Position numbers and translations under genes: made by a program
IMG/VR virus record: IMGVR_UViG_3300035666_000025
Coordinates: 1-56,592 of that record
Source: a virus
Taxonomy: Duplodnaviria; Caudoviricetes
Direction: 5' to 3' (one strand)
Length of the DNA stretch: 56,592 bases
Part shown: positions 28,766 to 37,865 of the stretch, in pieces
Numbering within the stretch: position 1 is the first letter of the stretch
Layout of the letters: every line of letters starts with the position of its first letter
Notes under the pieces: generated by a model
Seen by the model: the letters and a program-made list of their open reading frames with translations, nothing else
Told to the model about the DNA's origin: nothing
Databases searched by the model: none

Positions 28766-29224
28766 TTAAGCCGCCTTGTCTAAGTGCAAAAGCCCTTTTA
28801 GGGCTTCTAAAACGACTTCTGGCGCGACAAATTTGTTGGGGTCATGCTCATAGCACTCCCACCACAAAAACTGATTCTGAGCGAGATTGGCTCGGTCCTT
28901 GAGCAGGTTGATGTTCTCTGGGTGACCAAAGATCTGCGGGTCCGATACCGACCAAAGCACAATGCCTGGTTTGCCCTCATCCCACCCCAAGTGCTGCATG
29001 AAGCTATCGCACGCAATCCATGTCGTGCATTGCCTCACTAACTGGCGCAGCGCTTGAATGGGCAGGTTCTTGCGAAAGTCTGGCACGATTTGCTGCTCAC
29101 CCTCAACGCCCACCTGAATAACCGGATTAGGCAAGTGCGGGATCAGCGCCTCCCAAAACGGATAGTCCTTGGGATTGCGCTTGCCGTTATTAAGCTTCTT
29201 AGCAAAGGGCGCTATCAAAATCAT
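28766..29224 (-). CDS. GT9-like glycosyltransferase, C-terminal half
   Basis: KDYPFW, IQVG, IACDSFMQH, GIVLW, FGHPENINL. Confidence 0.75.
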   Translation of the reverse strand: MILIAPFAKKLNNGKRNPKDYPFWEALIPHLPNPVIQVGVEGEQQIVPDFRKNLPIQALRQLVRQCTTWIACDSFMQHLGWDEGKPGIVLWSVSDPQIFGHPENINLLKDRANLAQNQFLWWECYEHDPNKFVAPEVVLEALKGLLHLDKAA

Positions 29225-30189
29225 AGGTACATCTTCCTGTAAGCACCTTCCAAGCTTGTCTTCCACTTCCAGCGGTCCATCTTGGCATAGATGTTATACA
29301 TCTCGATGTCGCCAAATAAGTCTCTGGCCTCAGCAATCGACCTGCAGGGAAGGATCTCAGGATAGCAGCCAAACACCAACGGGTTCTTAATCTCAGGCAA
29401 GACATGCGTAAATACGATGTGATCGCCCATGCCGTTGTTGAGCACCACAATCGTGTGGTTCTTGTGCGCTAGCGTGTTGCGGAAGATCTGCTCGTCATGC
29501 GCAAACATCTCTTGCTTATCTTCCATGCGGATACCGCCAGACGGCGCTTTAAGGTGCCAGGTTACTGCGTTGGGCACGACCAACAAGTCATAGCCCTTTT
29601 GCTTTAAGCCAAAGCTGAAAAGCGTCTCTTCGCGGTGGGCGACTCGAGACAGACCTAAGTTGTAGTCATAAATCCCTGCGCGATACAGAAAGCTGCAATG
29701 CAAGTGGTCTACATGCTTGACCTTCTTGATGCGCTGCCATTGCGGATGTGGCTCGTGGTCAATCGCATCGATTTTGCCGGTAGGATTGGCTTCTTCAAAG
29801 TAGTGCGGTGGCATGAGCACTGAGCCACCCACACCGCCTACCATCGGGCCTGTATGCGCTAGCAAGACCTCAAGCACGTTTGGCTCAGGAATGGCGTCAT
29901 CATCCACGCGCCACACCCAATCAAAGCCCATGCAGTTGGCCATTTGATGATTGTGATGCTGGCCCTTCTTGCCGGCCCAGATCCACTCCCAAGCAATCTG
30001 CTTGGCATCCATCATCCAATACAAGTTCTTGTATATCGGATCGCTACGCAGGTCTTGATTCTCGTCGTTATCATCAAAGATCACGATCTTTTCTGGCTTG
30101 CGGGTTTGGTTCATAACCGCCTGCAAAGCCAAAGGCAGTGTCGTATGTGACCGCCCCCTGGTAGAGACTGAGCACAAAACGCTAGGCAT
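29221..30189 (-). CDS. GT2 glycosyltransferase fused to GT9-like N-terminal segment
   Basis: QTRKP..IVIFDD, WRVDDD, REET; C-terminal NGMGDH. Confidence 0.8.
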   Translation of the reverse strand: MPSVLCSVSTRGRSHTTLPLALQAVMNQTRKPEKIVIFDDNDENQDLRSDPIYKNLYWMMDAKQIAWEWIWAGKKGQHHNHQMANCMGFDWVWRVDDDAIPEPNVLEVLLAHTGPMVGGVGGSVLMPPHYFEEANPTGKIDAIDHEPHPQWQRIKKVKHVDHLHCSFLYRAGIYDYNLGLSRVAHREETLFSFGLKQKGYDLLVVPNAVTWHLKAPSGGIRMEDKQEMFAHDEQIFRNTLAHKNHTIVVLNNGMGDHIVFTHVLPEIKNPLVFGCYPEILPCRSIAEARDLFGDIEMYNIYAKMDRWKWKTSLEGAYRKMYL

Positions 30190-31471
30190 GCCAGCGTCCA
30201 ATCAGCAAGTTGAGCCTGTTTTGATCGTCAATCGGCTTGGGCACGGCTGAGATATTGCCCTGCTCATCGATGTAGTTGAACTCAAAGCCAGGAAAGTGCG
30301 ACTCATTCAAACCATGCAATTTGTGATGCGGACCCCAAAAGCCTACTGGCTCATTCATGGGTACGGTAAAGAGTAAGGTCTTGCAGTGCTGCTTGAGCTT
30401 TTGCAAGACTTCCAGGCCGTTATCAAGGTGCTCAATGACCTCGAAAGCGATGATCGTGTCGTACTGCTGCAGGTCATACTTGTTGATATCGGCATGCACA
30501 AACTGCGCCTTGGCACTCCATCCCTGCTCCTTGGCCACGTCCACAATGATCGGATCGTAATCAAGGCCTGTGTATTCCACGCCTTCAGGCATGAACTGCA
30601 CGCCATAACCGCTTGAGCAGCCAAGCTCAAAGACGCTCTTGCCCCTCACATGCTGCGCTGCCCACTGATAGCGCGTCACTTCCCGCGGGAAGACCGGGTC
30701 ACCCTTCAGAAAAACAGCACGCTCCCAATAGTTGGATAAGCGCCAGCGATACCAGTCTGGGTTGAACTTCTTGGCAAGCTTGAGCGAGTTGCGCAGGAAC
30801 ACATCGTTGTAGTCAGGCACAAGCGATGTATCAAGCATCGTGCCCTCGCCCTTGTGATAGATCGGAAACGCGCCGGTAAACTGATTGCCGCTCCACTCCT
30901 TGGGCGAGCATTCATGCACCTCAAAGCCTGCCATTTCAGCCTGAATGCAGAATTCGGTATCTTCACCGCCGCCAATGCCGTATTCGGTATTTAATAACCC
31001 AATTCGGTTAAATACACTGCGCCTGATCATCACGCAGAAGAACACCGCAAAGTCACGGCCTGCAGGCTCTGATGGTCCCTTGATCACGCATGAAATGCCG
31101 CACTTCTCGTGATGCGCAAATGGCTGGTTGAGCATGTCTAGCCACTGGCTCTTATTCTGCGGCAGCAGGACTGTGTCGTTGTTGAGCAGCACGATGCGGT
31201 CTGTGCGCGTGGCTACAATCCCTGCATTGCATGCGCCTGAATAGCCTAGCGGCTGATCGCTCCAAACAACCTTGATGTGCTTATCAAAGCCAATGCTTGC
31301 AAAGCGAGCCGATAGCTCTTGCAGGTAAGCCTGTGTGCCGTCTGTGCAGCCGTTGGCCGAAATGACCAACTCAACATCGGCCATGTCGGTGAACTTGAAG
31401 ATGGACTCAAGACAAGGTTTGAGCAGATCCTCGCAGTGGTTGTAGGTCGGGATAACAATGCTGTAGCGCAT
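30182..31471 (-). CDS. GT2 glycosyltransferase-SAM methyltransferase fusion
   Basis: SIVIPTYN, LLNNDT, GEDTEF; ELGCSSGYG, GLDYD, FEVIEHL. Confidence 0.9.
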   Translation of the reverse strand: MRYSIVIPTYNHCEDLLKPCLESIFKFTDMADVELVISANGCTDGTQAYLQELSARFASIGFDKHIKVVWSDQPLGYSGACNAGIVATRTDRIVLLNNDTVLLPQNKSQWLDMLNQPFAHHEKCGISCVIKGPSEPAGRDFAVFFCVMIRRSVFNRIGLLNTEYGIGGGEDTEFCIQAEMAGFEVHECSPKEWSGNQFTGAFPIYHKGEGTMLDTSLVPDYNDVFLRNSLKLAKKFNPDWYRWRLSNYWERAVFLKGDPVFPREVTRYQWAAQHVRGKSVFELGCSSGYGVQFMPEGVEYTGLDYDPIIVDVAKEQGWSAKAQFVHADINKYDLQQYDTIIAFEVIEHLDNGLEVLQKLKQHCKTLLFTVPMNEPVGFWGPHHKLHGLNESHFPGFEFNYIDEQGNISAVPKPIDDQNRLNLLIGRWHA

Positions 31472-33108
31472 TAGAACGTACCGCCATCAATACCGCCTGT
31501 GATTGCATTTGTGCTGCCGTTAACTGACAAGCCCGCATCGACTAAGACAGCCTGGCTACCAGTGGTTGAGGCCGCGGCAAACAAGATAAAGCCCGCCGAT
31601 GTGCTTGCGGTTGTGGTGACGTTAGTCGGTGGCGCTCCTGAGAATCCACTGATACCTGATGCACCGCTAAAGCCAGACACGCCTGAGCCGCTGAATCCTG
31701 ACCGGCCCGAGAATCCAGAGAACCCTGAGATACCAGAAAAGCCGGAGATTCCACTAAAGCCCGAGATACCACTAAAACCAGAAATGCCCGAAAACCCTGA
31801 TCGTCCACTAAAGCCTGAGAACCCGGAAATTCCTGAGAAGCCAGAGATCCCAGAAAAGCCTGATGTACCAGAAAACCCGCTGATACCAGAGCCGGAAAAG
31901 CCAGAGATGCCCGAGCCAGAAAAACCAGAGATGCCACTAAATCCTGATATACCCGAGAAGCCAGAAATGCCCGAGAAGCCGGATATGCCACTGAACCCTG
32001 AGATACCGCTAAAGCCTGAGATGCCAGAGAATCCGCTGATGCCAGAGAACCCGCTGAATCCTGAATAGCCACTGATACCGCTTTGTGCTACGCCATCAAG
32101 GCCTGAGTAACCTGAGAATCCGCTAAAGCCTGACAGGCCTGAGTAGCCTGAAATGCCGCTGAATCCAGAGATACCGGAGAATCCCGAAATGCCTGAATAG
32201 CCACTAAATCCGCTAAAACCAGAGACGCCTGAGCCTGAAAAGCCAGAGGTGCCACTGTAGCCAGAGATGCCAGAAAAGCCTGATGTGCCGCTATAGCCTG
32301 AGATGCCACTGAATCCAGACGTGCCGCTAGCACCGGATATGCCAGAGCCTGAGAAGCCAGAAAAGCCAGAGTAACCCGACGTGCCACTGTAGCCCGATAG
32401 GCTTGTCCATGCGCCAGCAACAACACCTTCGTAGATTCCTAAATCCGTGTTGTAGCGGATCATCCCATTCTGCGGCGAGGAACGCTGTACTGTCGTGCCA
32501 GCAGGGATCTGCACTGACCCCGTGCCTGGTAACACCGGGTTATCGGCTATGCCTACTGTCGGGTTCGCAGCATCACCCGTGCCGTTGAGCACATCAATCT
32601 CATTGGTTGTGCCCTGTAGCGTTACTACCGCAATCGAATTGCCTGAAGTGCGTGCAATCAAGCCGGTGCCTGAAGACAGCGCCAGATCTAATACAAGACC
32701 TGACAGCAGCACTGTCGGGTTGCCTGCAATTCCATCGCCATCGGTAACGCTTAAACCTGTCGTTCCAGCTTGAATAGAGCGGTTTGTAAGCGTTGTGCCG
32801 TTAGTCTTGACCTGGATACCAGCCGACGAGTTTACGAGGCTTGCAGGCGCTCCTGCCAAGGCTATAGCCATGGTTGAGCCGGCACCGTTGTCGGTAACCG
32901 TAATGCCACCGCCCGTGGTCGTTAATTGCCTAGCATCGGTCAGCGTGCCCTCTGATGTGGCCGTGATAAAGCTGTAGTTAGTAACAGGCACCGCAGAAAT
33001 AGCGCCTGTAGTCGTTTGGACAGTTTGACCACCCTGAACGATAGGGACCAACTCTGAGCCAGTAAGTGCGCCTGCTGCTGGTAATTGGGTAATGGTTTGA
33101 TTAGCCAT
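31471..33108 (-). CDS. Fibre protein with (Gly-X-Ser)n collagen-like tract, ending in GGIDGGTF
   Basis: ITQLP..L.G.E.VPIVQ.G.T N-terminus; PAGTT.QR...GMIRYN; about 255-aa SG[FIY] repeat. Confidence 0.85.
   Translation of the reverse strand: MANQTITQLPAAGALTGSELVPIVQGGQTVQTTTGAISAVPVTNYSFITATSEGTLTDARQLTTTGGGITVTDNGAGSTMAIALAGAPASLVNSSAGIQVKTNGTTLTNRSIQAGTTGLSVTDGDGIAGNPTVLLSGLVLDLALSSGTGLIARTSGNSIAVVTLQGTTNEIDVLNGTGDAANPTVGIADNPVLPGTGSVQIPAGTTVQRSSPQNGMIRYNTDLGIYEGVVAGAWTSLSGYSGTSGYSGFSGFSGSGISGASGTSGFSGISGYSGTSGFSGISGYSGTSGFSGSGVSGFSGFSGYSGISGFSGISGFSGISGYSGLSGFSGFSGYSGLDGVAQSGISGYSGFSGFSGISGFSGISGFSGISGFSGISGFSGISGFSGISGFSGISGFSGSGISGFSGSGISGFSGTSGFSGISGFSGISGFSGFSGRSGFSGISGFSGISGFSGISGFSGISGFSGFSGRSGFSGSGVSGFSGASGISGFSGAPPTNVTTTASTSAGFILFAAASTTGSQAVLVDAGLSVNGSTNAITGGIDGGTF
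31637..32400 (-). repeat. Coding tripeptide repeat (Ser-Gly-X)n, X mostly F/I/Y
   Basis: Roughly 80-85 SG units with diverse synonymous codons. Confidence 0.95.
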
Positions 33109-33111
33109 TCA

Positions 33112-33456
33112 TCACTCCGGCGACAACGAGATGCCGTCAAGGTTTCCGTTGTTTTCAGGCGTTTGCGTATTGCCTTCAGTAGACATTATCGTCTGATTCA
33201 GGCCATTCGTCAGTATGTTATTGGGATCTAACGCTACGGACACATCAGGCCTAGGAAAGCGCAAGTTAATGCGCTCTGTCTTTCTTGCTGGCAGGCGATA
33301 CGGGTCCTTCTGATCAGCGCAGCCTTCATTGCACACCTGCAGGCCAGGAAAGTTGGGATCTGGCCTCATCACGACATAGGTACGCTTCATCTTGCAGCGA
33401 TCACAAATGGCAATCGCAACGCTGGCAAGATTAGACGTATCAAGGAAAACAGGCAT
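33112..33456 (-). CDS. Conserved Cys-rich head-tail module protein
   Basis: AICDRC...VC..GC.D...PRPD. Confidence 0.75.
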   Translation of the reverse strand: MPVFLDTSNLASVAIAICDRCKMKRTYVVMRPDPNFPGLQVCNEGCADQKDPYRLPARKTERINLRFPRPDVSVALDPNNILTNGLNQTIMSTEGNTQTPENNGNLDGISLSPE

Positions 33457-33458
33457 GA

Positions 33459-34529
33459 TCAGGACGTGTATGGCATGATGTTGGGTGCAAAGTAGATCGG
33501 TGAACGATCACGCTCTTCTTGCTCAACTTCATTGAGGTACTTTGTGGCCTGCGCTTCGAGGTACTGCACACGATCTAACGGCACCTGCGGCAACTCAAGC
33601 GATAGTTGATGACTGAGCATGGCAACCGTGGCCAGATACCAGCGCTGCGGGATCTGTAGCTCGTCAGTCAGATCGCCCACATCCATAATCTGCTTGGAAT
33701 ACCAGACCGTCATTTGAATAAATGGGTCATTAGGCGTGGGCCAGAGGTAAATTTCAGGCTGTGGAATCGTGCGGTTGAACCAAAACTGATACGGTTGATT
33801 GGCCGTAAAGTTTTTATTCGGCAGATTGGTGTAATCATCACGATTTAGGCGTGACATTGTGATTTCTCGGCTGTTATTGCCGACATACCACTCTCTTAAC
33901 GCCAGTGTCGTGCCACCAGAAGCCCTAATACGGTAAAACTGCACCGTTTGGCCAGGGTCAATGTCATACCAGAGCCACTGATTGTCCGTTACAACGACGG
34001 TACCGACGTTTTCAAGCGTATTCCAGGTGGCACCATCCGTGGAATACTCAAGAGTGAAGGTCCAGGTGGCACTTCCACCGCCAGAAACATAGGGCAGCAC
34101 GCCAATAGATCCTGCATAAACCGGGTTGTCGGTCCCAAAATCGACTGAAATGTTGCCATTGGCACTCGTTTGCTGGCAGTAAGTGTCTACGTCGTTATCA
34201 GCAACAAAAGATACCGTGCCCCCTGCGCTCGTAGCGTAGTTGCCCGAGGGGCGGTTCATGGTGCGATAGAGCGCATTCAGCACGTCATTAGCGCCAACAG
34301 GCAGCGAGTAGATGTATTTATCCACTGACAGGCCGATAACTTCCTTCTTGATCGCCCAATACTGGATGCCAATGTTGATCAGGCTTGATAACGTCATGCC
34401 TAAGATCTCTCTTGCGGCTACCAACTGCTCGCTGGTTAGCTCTTCTGCTAACTTGCCGCAACGACGCGCTGCGTGGTCAATCAGCGTTTGGACGTTATAA
34501 ACCTGGCCGTAAGTATCTGAATATGCCAT
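33459..34529 (-). CDS. Head-tail adaptor with inserted beta-sandwich domain
   Basis: Adaptor pattern (RLNRDDY.NLPNK...P.QFWF.R...LWP.P) interrupted by LEYSTDG.TW...FYRIR domain. Confidence 0.7.
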   Translation of the reverse strand: MAYSDTYGQVYNVQTLIDHAARRCGKLAEELTSEQLVAAREILGMTLSSLINIGIQYWAIKKEVIGLSVDKYIYSLPVGANDVLNALYRTMNRPSGNYATSAGGTVSFVADNDVDTYCQQTSANGNISVDFGTDNPVYAGSIGVLPYVSGGGSATWTFTLEYSTDGATWNTLENVGTVVVTDNQWLWYDIDPGQTVQFYRIRASGGTTLALREWYVGNNSREITMSRLNRDDYTNLPNKNFTANQPYQFWFNRTIPQPEIYLWPTPNDPFIQMTVWYSKQIMDVGDLTDELQIPQRWYLATVAMLSHQLSLELPQVPLDRVQYLEAQATKYLNEVEQEERDRSPIYFAPNIMPYTS

Positions 34530-34934
34530 CTACCACCCCGGACAATTCCAACGGCGCATGGATGCGCGTGCTCGTGAGCCTTTCTCGCTCTTCTCTGCTA
34601 CTGGACCCATCCTAGCGCAAAACGAGTCTCTCCGAGGCCCTCCCTGGGGCTGTGGAGCCTTTAGGTTTGATCCTGTTTCTCGGTTGTACTTGGCTCTGCC
34701 TTTGGCCGTGAGACCCGCGCCACGATCCGCTGGTAGCTTCTCACCACGGCCAATCGCAAGGCTCGGACCGCCGTTCTTAAGCTGTTCAGGAAGCTTTGCA
34801 TAAGATCGCCCTTTCACGTTGGATTGGGTGTATTCAGCCGCTACATCAGGACTGATGCCCACCTTCTTGGCAAACTTGGGATTGTTCTCTACCGCTTTCA
34901 TGAGCCGAAACTGCGCTTTCGACTTCGCTGGCAT
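34530..34934 (-). CDS. Small basic protein (DUF6321-like)
   Basis: GLTAKGRAKYN...NLKAP...RR.SFCARM...RW.C; MPAKS.AQ.RLM N-terminus. Confidence 0.7.
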   Translation of the reverse strand: MPAKSKAQFRLMKAVENNPKFAKKVGISPDVAAEYTQSNVKGRSYAKLPEQLKNGGPSLAIGRGEKLPADRGAGLTAKGRAKYNRETGSNLKAPQPQGGPRRDSFCARMGPVAEKSEKGSRARASMRRWNCPGW

Positions 34935-34935
34935 G

Positions 34936-35724
34936 TCACTCTCCCGAGTTCTTGATCAGGACAATGTTGAAATACGATGAGACAGCATTGTTTGCTGCTG
35001 CTCCAATAGCCGTTGAGCCAACACAGTTTTTCTCTGGGATAACAAATGGCGGATCAAATACATAATCAGCCGTACTGTTATTAACCGTCGTTACTGCGCC
35101 AACACGAAGCAATCCGTCCGGGCCGTTTTGCTTAAGAAATCCGGTTACTGCAGTAGATCCAGAGGCCTGCCCTGAAGAGAACTGACCTTCAACCATGTAG
35201 CCTGTATAACCAGCAGGCACACAATAGTGACCTGTCGTGCGGCTGTTATAGCCCGTGTTGATTGCGTCATAAATGACTGCAGGAACGCCAGCAGTAACTA
35301 CACCCGTGCCAGCGTAAATAACACCCGCGTTAGCACCGCCAGAGCCTGCCGTCACAACGTAGAAGCTGTTGACGTACAAATATGAGTTGGTGGTATTAAC
35401 TGCTGTTTGGCCATTCATCGTGATGGTTTCACTCACCACGTTGTAGTCGCCATCTACGCCAGCAATAAATACGGTTCTTGCGCCTGTGCCTGCAGGACTG
35501 CCATCATCGTCAGTGCTGCTTGAACTAATTTTTAATACAGAGGCCACGGTAGGATGGGGCACCACTCCACCAACTGGCCATACTGACTCTTCAGACGTAT
35601 CAACGTCTGGGTTGTATCCAAACACAATCACATTGCTGTGGCCCTGAATCTGGCCACGAGCCACTTGTAGCCCAAAAGGCTCAAACGTCCCTTGGCGGGT
35701 AATCGAGGAAATGGTCGTGGTCAT
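34936..35724 (-). CDS. Putative virion structural protein
   Basis: LQVARGQI.GH...FGYN.DV...GTGART; head module position. Confidence 0.7.
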   Translation of the reverse strand: MTTTISSITRQGTFEPFGLQVARGQIQGHSNVIVFGYNPDVDTSEESVWPVGGVVPHPTVASVLKISSSSTDDDGSPAGTGARTVFIAGVDGDYNVVSETITMNGQTAVNTTNSYLYVNSFYVVTAGSGGANAGVIYAGTGVVTAGVPAVIYDAINTGYNSRTTGHYCVPAGYTGYMVEGQFSSGQASGSTAVTGFLKQNGPDGLLRVGAVTTVNNSTADYVFDPPFVIPEKNCVGSTAIGAAANNAVSSYFNIVLIKNSGE

Positions 35725-35743
35725 ATCAAACCTTCAATGTGAA

Positions 35744-35763
35744 GCAGGGGCCGAAGCCCCCAC
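35744..35763 (-). other. cUUCGg tetraloop hairpin
   Basis: GGGGC-TTCG-GCCCC intergenic; no long U tract. Confidence 0.65.
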
Positions 35764-35766
35764 TAT

Positions 35767-36768
35767 TTAGCACGCGCCGCCGGCTCGCTTTTTGGCTGGT
35801 GGTGGCGATACCGTTACAGACTTCTCAGTCTCGGTTACCGCACCTTGGCCACGCAACTTGTCACGAAGCTTGCCGCCAAGCTCCTTAAAGATGCCAATCG
35901 GATTCAACGCTTCCTCAAGATCTCGACTCGCCTTGGCTGCAGTTGCCTGTGGATCTTTTACGGGAGCAACATTCTTTTTAAGCATGTCACGCTCGTAATT
36001 GCTAACAGCACCTGCAGCACCGCCATCGTTAAACTTGACTTTGCCACCCTTCTTGAAGGTGCCCGATTGACGATCATTCGACACAGCCGCCGAAGCTGGC
36101 TTCTTGGGGTAGGCTACGGGTTTTCCTGAATCAACAAGACCCCCCGTAGCGTAGCCCTTTTTTGCGGCACCACCTTTCTTGTAACCGCCTTGACCCATGA
36201 TGACGCCGCCGGTTTTGTAACCGCCAGGCTTGCCCATCTTGACATCGCCAGTAGGACCCTTGGCTTTATCAACATGCGCTGTATCCATCTTGGTCTTGAC
36301 GTACTCTTTAGCGCCACGCTCAGACTCTGCTACCGGAAGAATGCCACTCTTGGGCACTGCGCCGCCCTTTTTGTAGCCACCCTGGCCCATTACCACACCG
36401 CCGGTTTTTAGGCCTTTGTGAGCCTTAGATGCAGGCATAGAGGCATGCTTCTTAAGCTTGGCCTCGGTGCCCATCATCTTCTTCATTTCGGCTGCGTGCT
36501 CTGCCTTGGTCTCGCCACCTTCCTTCATCATGGGGCGATTCATCATCGCCGCACGACGTGCTGCCATAGAAGGGCGACGTGGTGCCATTGCAGGTGCCAT
36601 ACCACCGCGGGAGCCAGGAGACGGCATTGCTGCCAAGCCGCCCATGACACCGCCATTCATCATCTTCGTTGGTTTCTTAGGTGTTTTGACCATGCCACCT
36701 TTCTTCAGCTTTAACTCCACTGAAGGCTCGGTGGTCATCATCTTCACCATCGGCTTAAACTGACCCAT
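35767..36768 (-). CDS. Lys/Gly/Met-rich low-complexity protein with about 11 xxxGG motifs
   Basis: LKKGG, MKEGG, LKTGG, YKKGG, YATGG, FKKGG, FNDGG; RBS AAGGA. Confidence 0.8.
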   Translation of the reverse strand: MGQFKPMVKMMTTEPSVELKLKKGGMVKTPKKPTKMMNGGVMGGLAAMPSPGSRGGMAPAMAPRRPSMAARRAAMMNRPMMKEGGETKAEHAAEMKKMMGTEAKLKKHASMPASKAHKGLKTGGVVMGQGGYKKGGAVPKSGILPVAESERGAKEYVKTKMDTAHVDKAKGPTGDVKMGKPGGYKTGGVIMGQGGYKKGGAAKKGYATGGLVDSGKPVAYPKKPASAAVSNDRQSGTFKKGGKVKFNDGGAAGAVSNYERDMLKKNVAPVKDPQATAAKASRDLEEALNPIGIFKELGGKLRDKLRGQGAVTETEKSVTVSPPPAKKRAGGAC

Positions 36769-36785
36769 TTCTGTTCCTTTCAGAT

Positions 36786-36803
36786 CCGACCCCGAAGGGC
36801 CGG
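36786..36803 (-). other. cUUCGg tetraloop hairpin
   Basis: CCGGCCC-TTCG-GGGTCGG intergenic. Confidence 0.65.
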
Positions 36804-36810
36804 TGTCTCA

Positions 36811-37851
36811 TTAGGCCGACGGGTTAACAGCTAGGCCACCAGCGCTGTTGCTCGGAGCAGGCATATCAATGTATGTCTGGCCGACAGCGTTAGCCGTGCC
36901 AAGGCCGGTATACCCTGCGGTGACGCACCCTTTCAGAACGACCATACCGCCAGCCGAAGCGGGCAACGAGATCAGATCTGTAATCGCCGTGCCAGTAGAC
37001 TGGACAGCGTTAATAAAGGAGCAGCCATCAAACAGTTGGAAGCGGTCAATCGCACTTGCAGCAGCAGCATAAATCGCTGCGCCGCCAGCACCACCAGCAC
37101 TTGCCCATGATGGGAACACGCAATCCTTGAAGATATTGCGGTTTGTGCCACCAGAAAGCTCAAGCGTGTAGTTTGCTGCAGTACGCTGGACCGTGTCGCC
37201 ACCAAAGGTGCAATTGATGAAGGTACGCTCACCACCGCCCGAAAGCTTGATGGAGCGAGCACCCGTGCCACCTGCAGAAGCCGCATCTGCCATACCGTAG
37301 ATGTCTACGTTGGAGTAGGCATTGCGTGAACCGCTGTCAGTCCAAGCCACCATGCTCGCGCCGCCTGTAGAGAATCCACAGAAGACTGAGAAGTTGGCAA
37401 AGTAACAGCCGCTTGCAGTGACGTTCACAAACTGCGTCGAGCTACCGAAGGTGGTAACCGTGTAGGTGCCGCTGGGAGGAGCGATACGCGCACGCTGGCC
37501 AACTTGTGTAGGAGCACACACGCCGATCAGGTGGGTTGCATCTTTGTTCCAGGTCAGCACACCAGTCGTTGCCGTTGAGTCAACTTCTTGCGCAAGCGCC
37601 GTTGACAAACGAGCAGAGCCACTGGCTGCACCATTGCCGATTAGAACGACGACGTCGTTGTTACCAGCGGTACATTTGGCCAAAGCACCGTAAAGGGTTT
37701 TGAGGGGAAGTTCCACACTGCCTTCGTTTCCATCGGCACCGTTCACTGGATCTACGAAGTAGTAGTTGCCAGTAAACGGCAAGCCGCCGATGGTTCCGAG
37801 CACAGGAACTCCGAAGCTTGTAATCCCGTTGGGGAAGTTCGTCAGAGCCAT
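36811..37851 (-). CDS. Beta-helix (pectin-lyase-like) capsid-associated protein
   Basis: YFVD...G.D.N.G....PLKTL..A; repeated F.NC.F strands; follows capsid gene. Confidence 0.7.
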   Translation of the reverse strand: MALTNFPNGITSFGVPVLGTIGGLPFTGNYYFVDPVNGADGNEGSVELPLKTLYGALAKCTAGNNDVVVLIGNGAASGSARLSTALAQEVDSTATTGVLTWNKDATHLIGVCAPTQVGQRARIAPPSGTYTVTTFGSSTQFVNVTASGCYFANFSVFCGFSTGGASMVAWTDSGSRNAYSNVDIYGMADAASAGGTGARSIKLSGGGERTFINCTFGGDTVQRTAANYTLELSGGTNRNIFKDCVFPSWASAGGAGGAAIYAAAASAIDRFQLFDGCSFINAVQSTGTAITDLISLPASAGGMVVLKGCVTAGYTGLGTANAVGQTYIDMPAPSNSAGGLAVNPSA

Positions 37852-37865
37852 TTATTTCTCCTGAA

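Noticed and set aside
22493-31471. Host LPS/capsule locus or DNA hypermodification cluster
   Set aside because: Genes are interleaved with fibre and chaperone genes in the late operon; no flippase, polymerase, sugar synthesis or base-hydroxymethylase genes seen. Disfavoured, not excluded
31499-32068. Plus-strand ORF with PEKPEIP repeats
   Set aside because: Antisense shadow of the SG-repeat codons; opposite to operon direction
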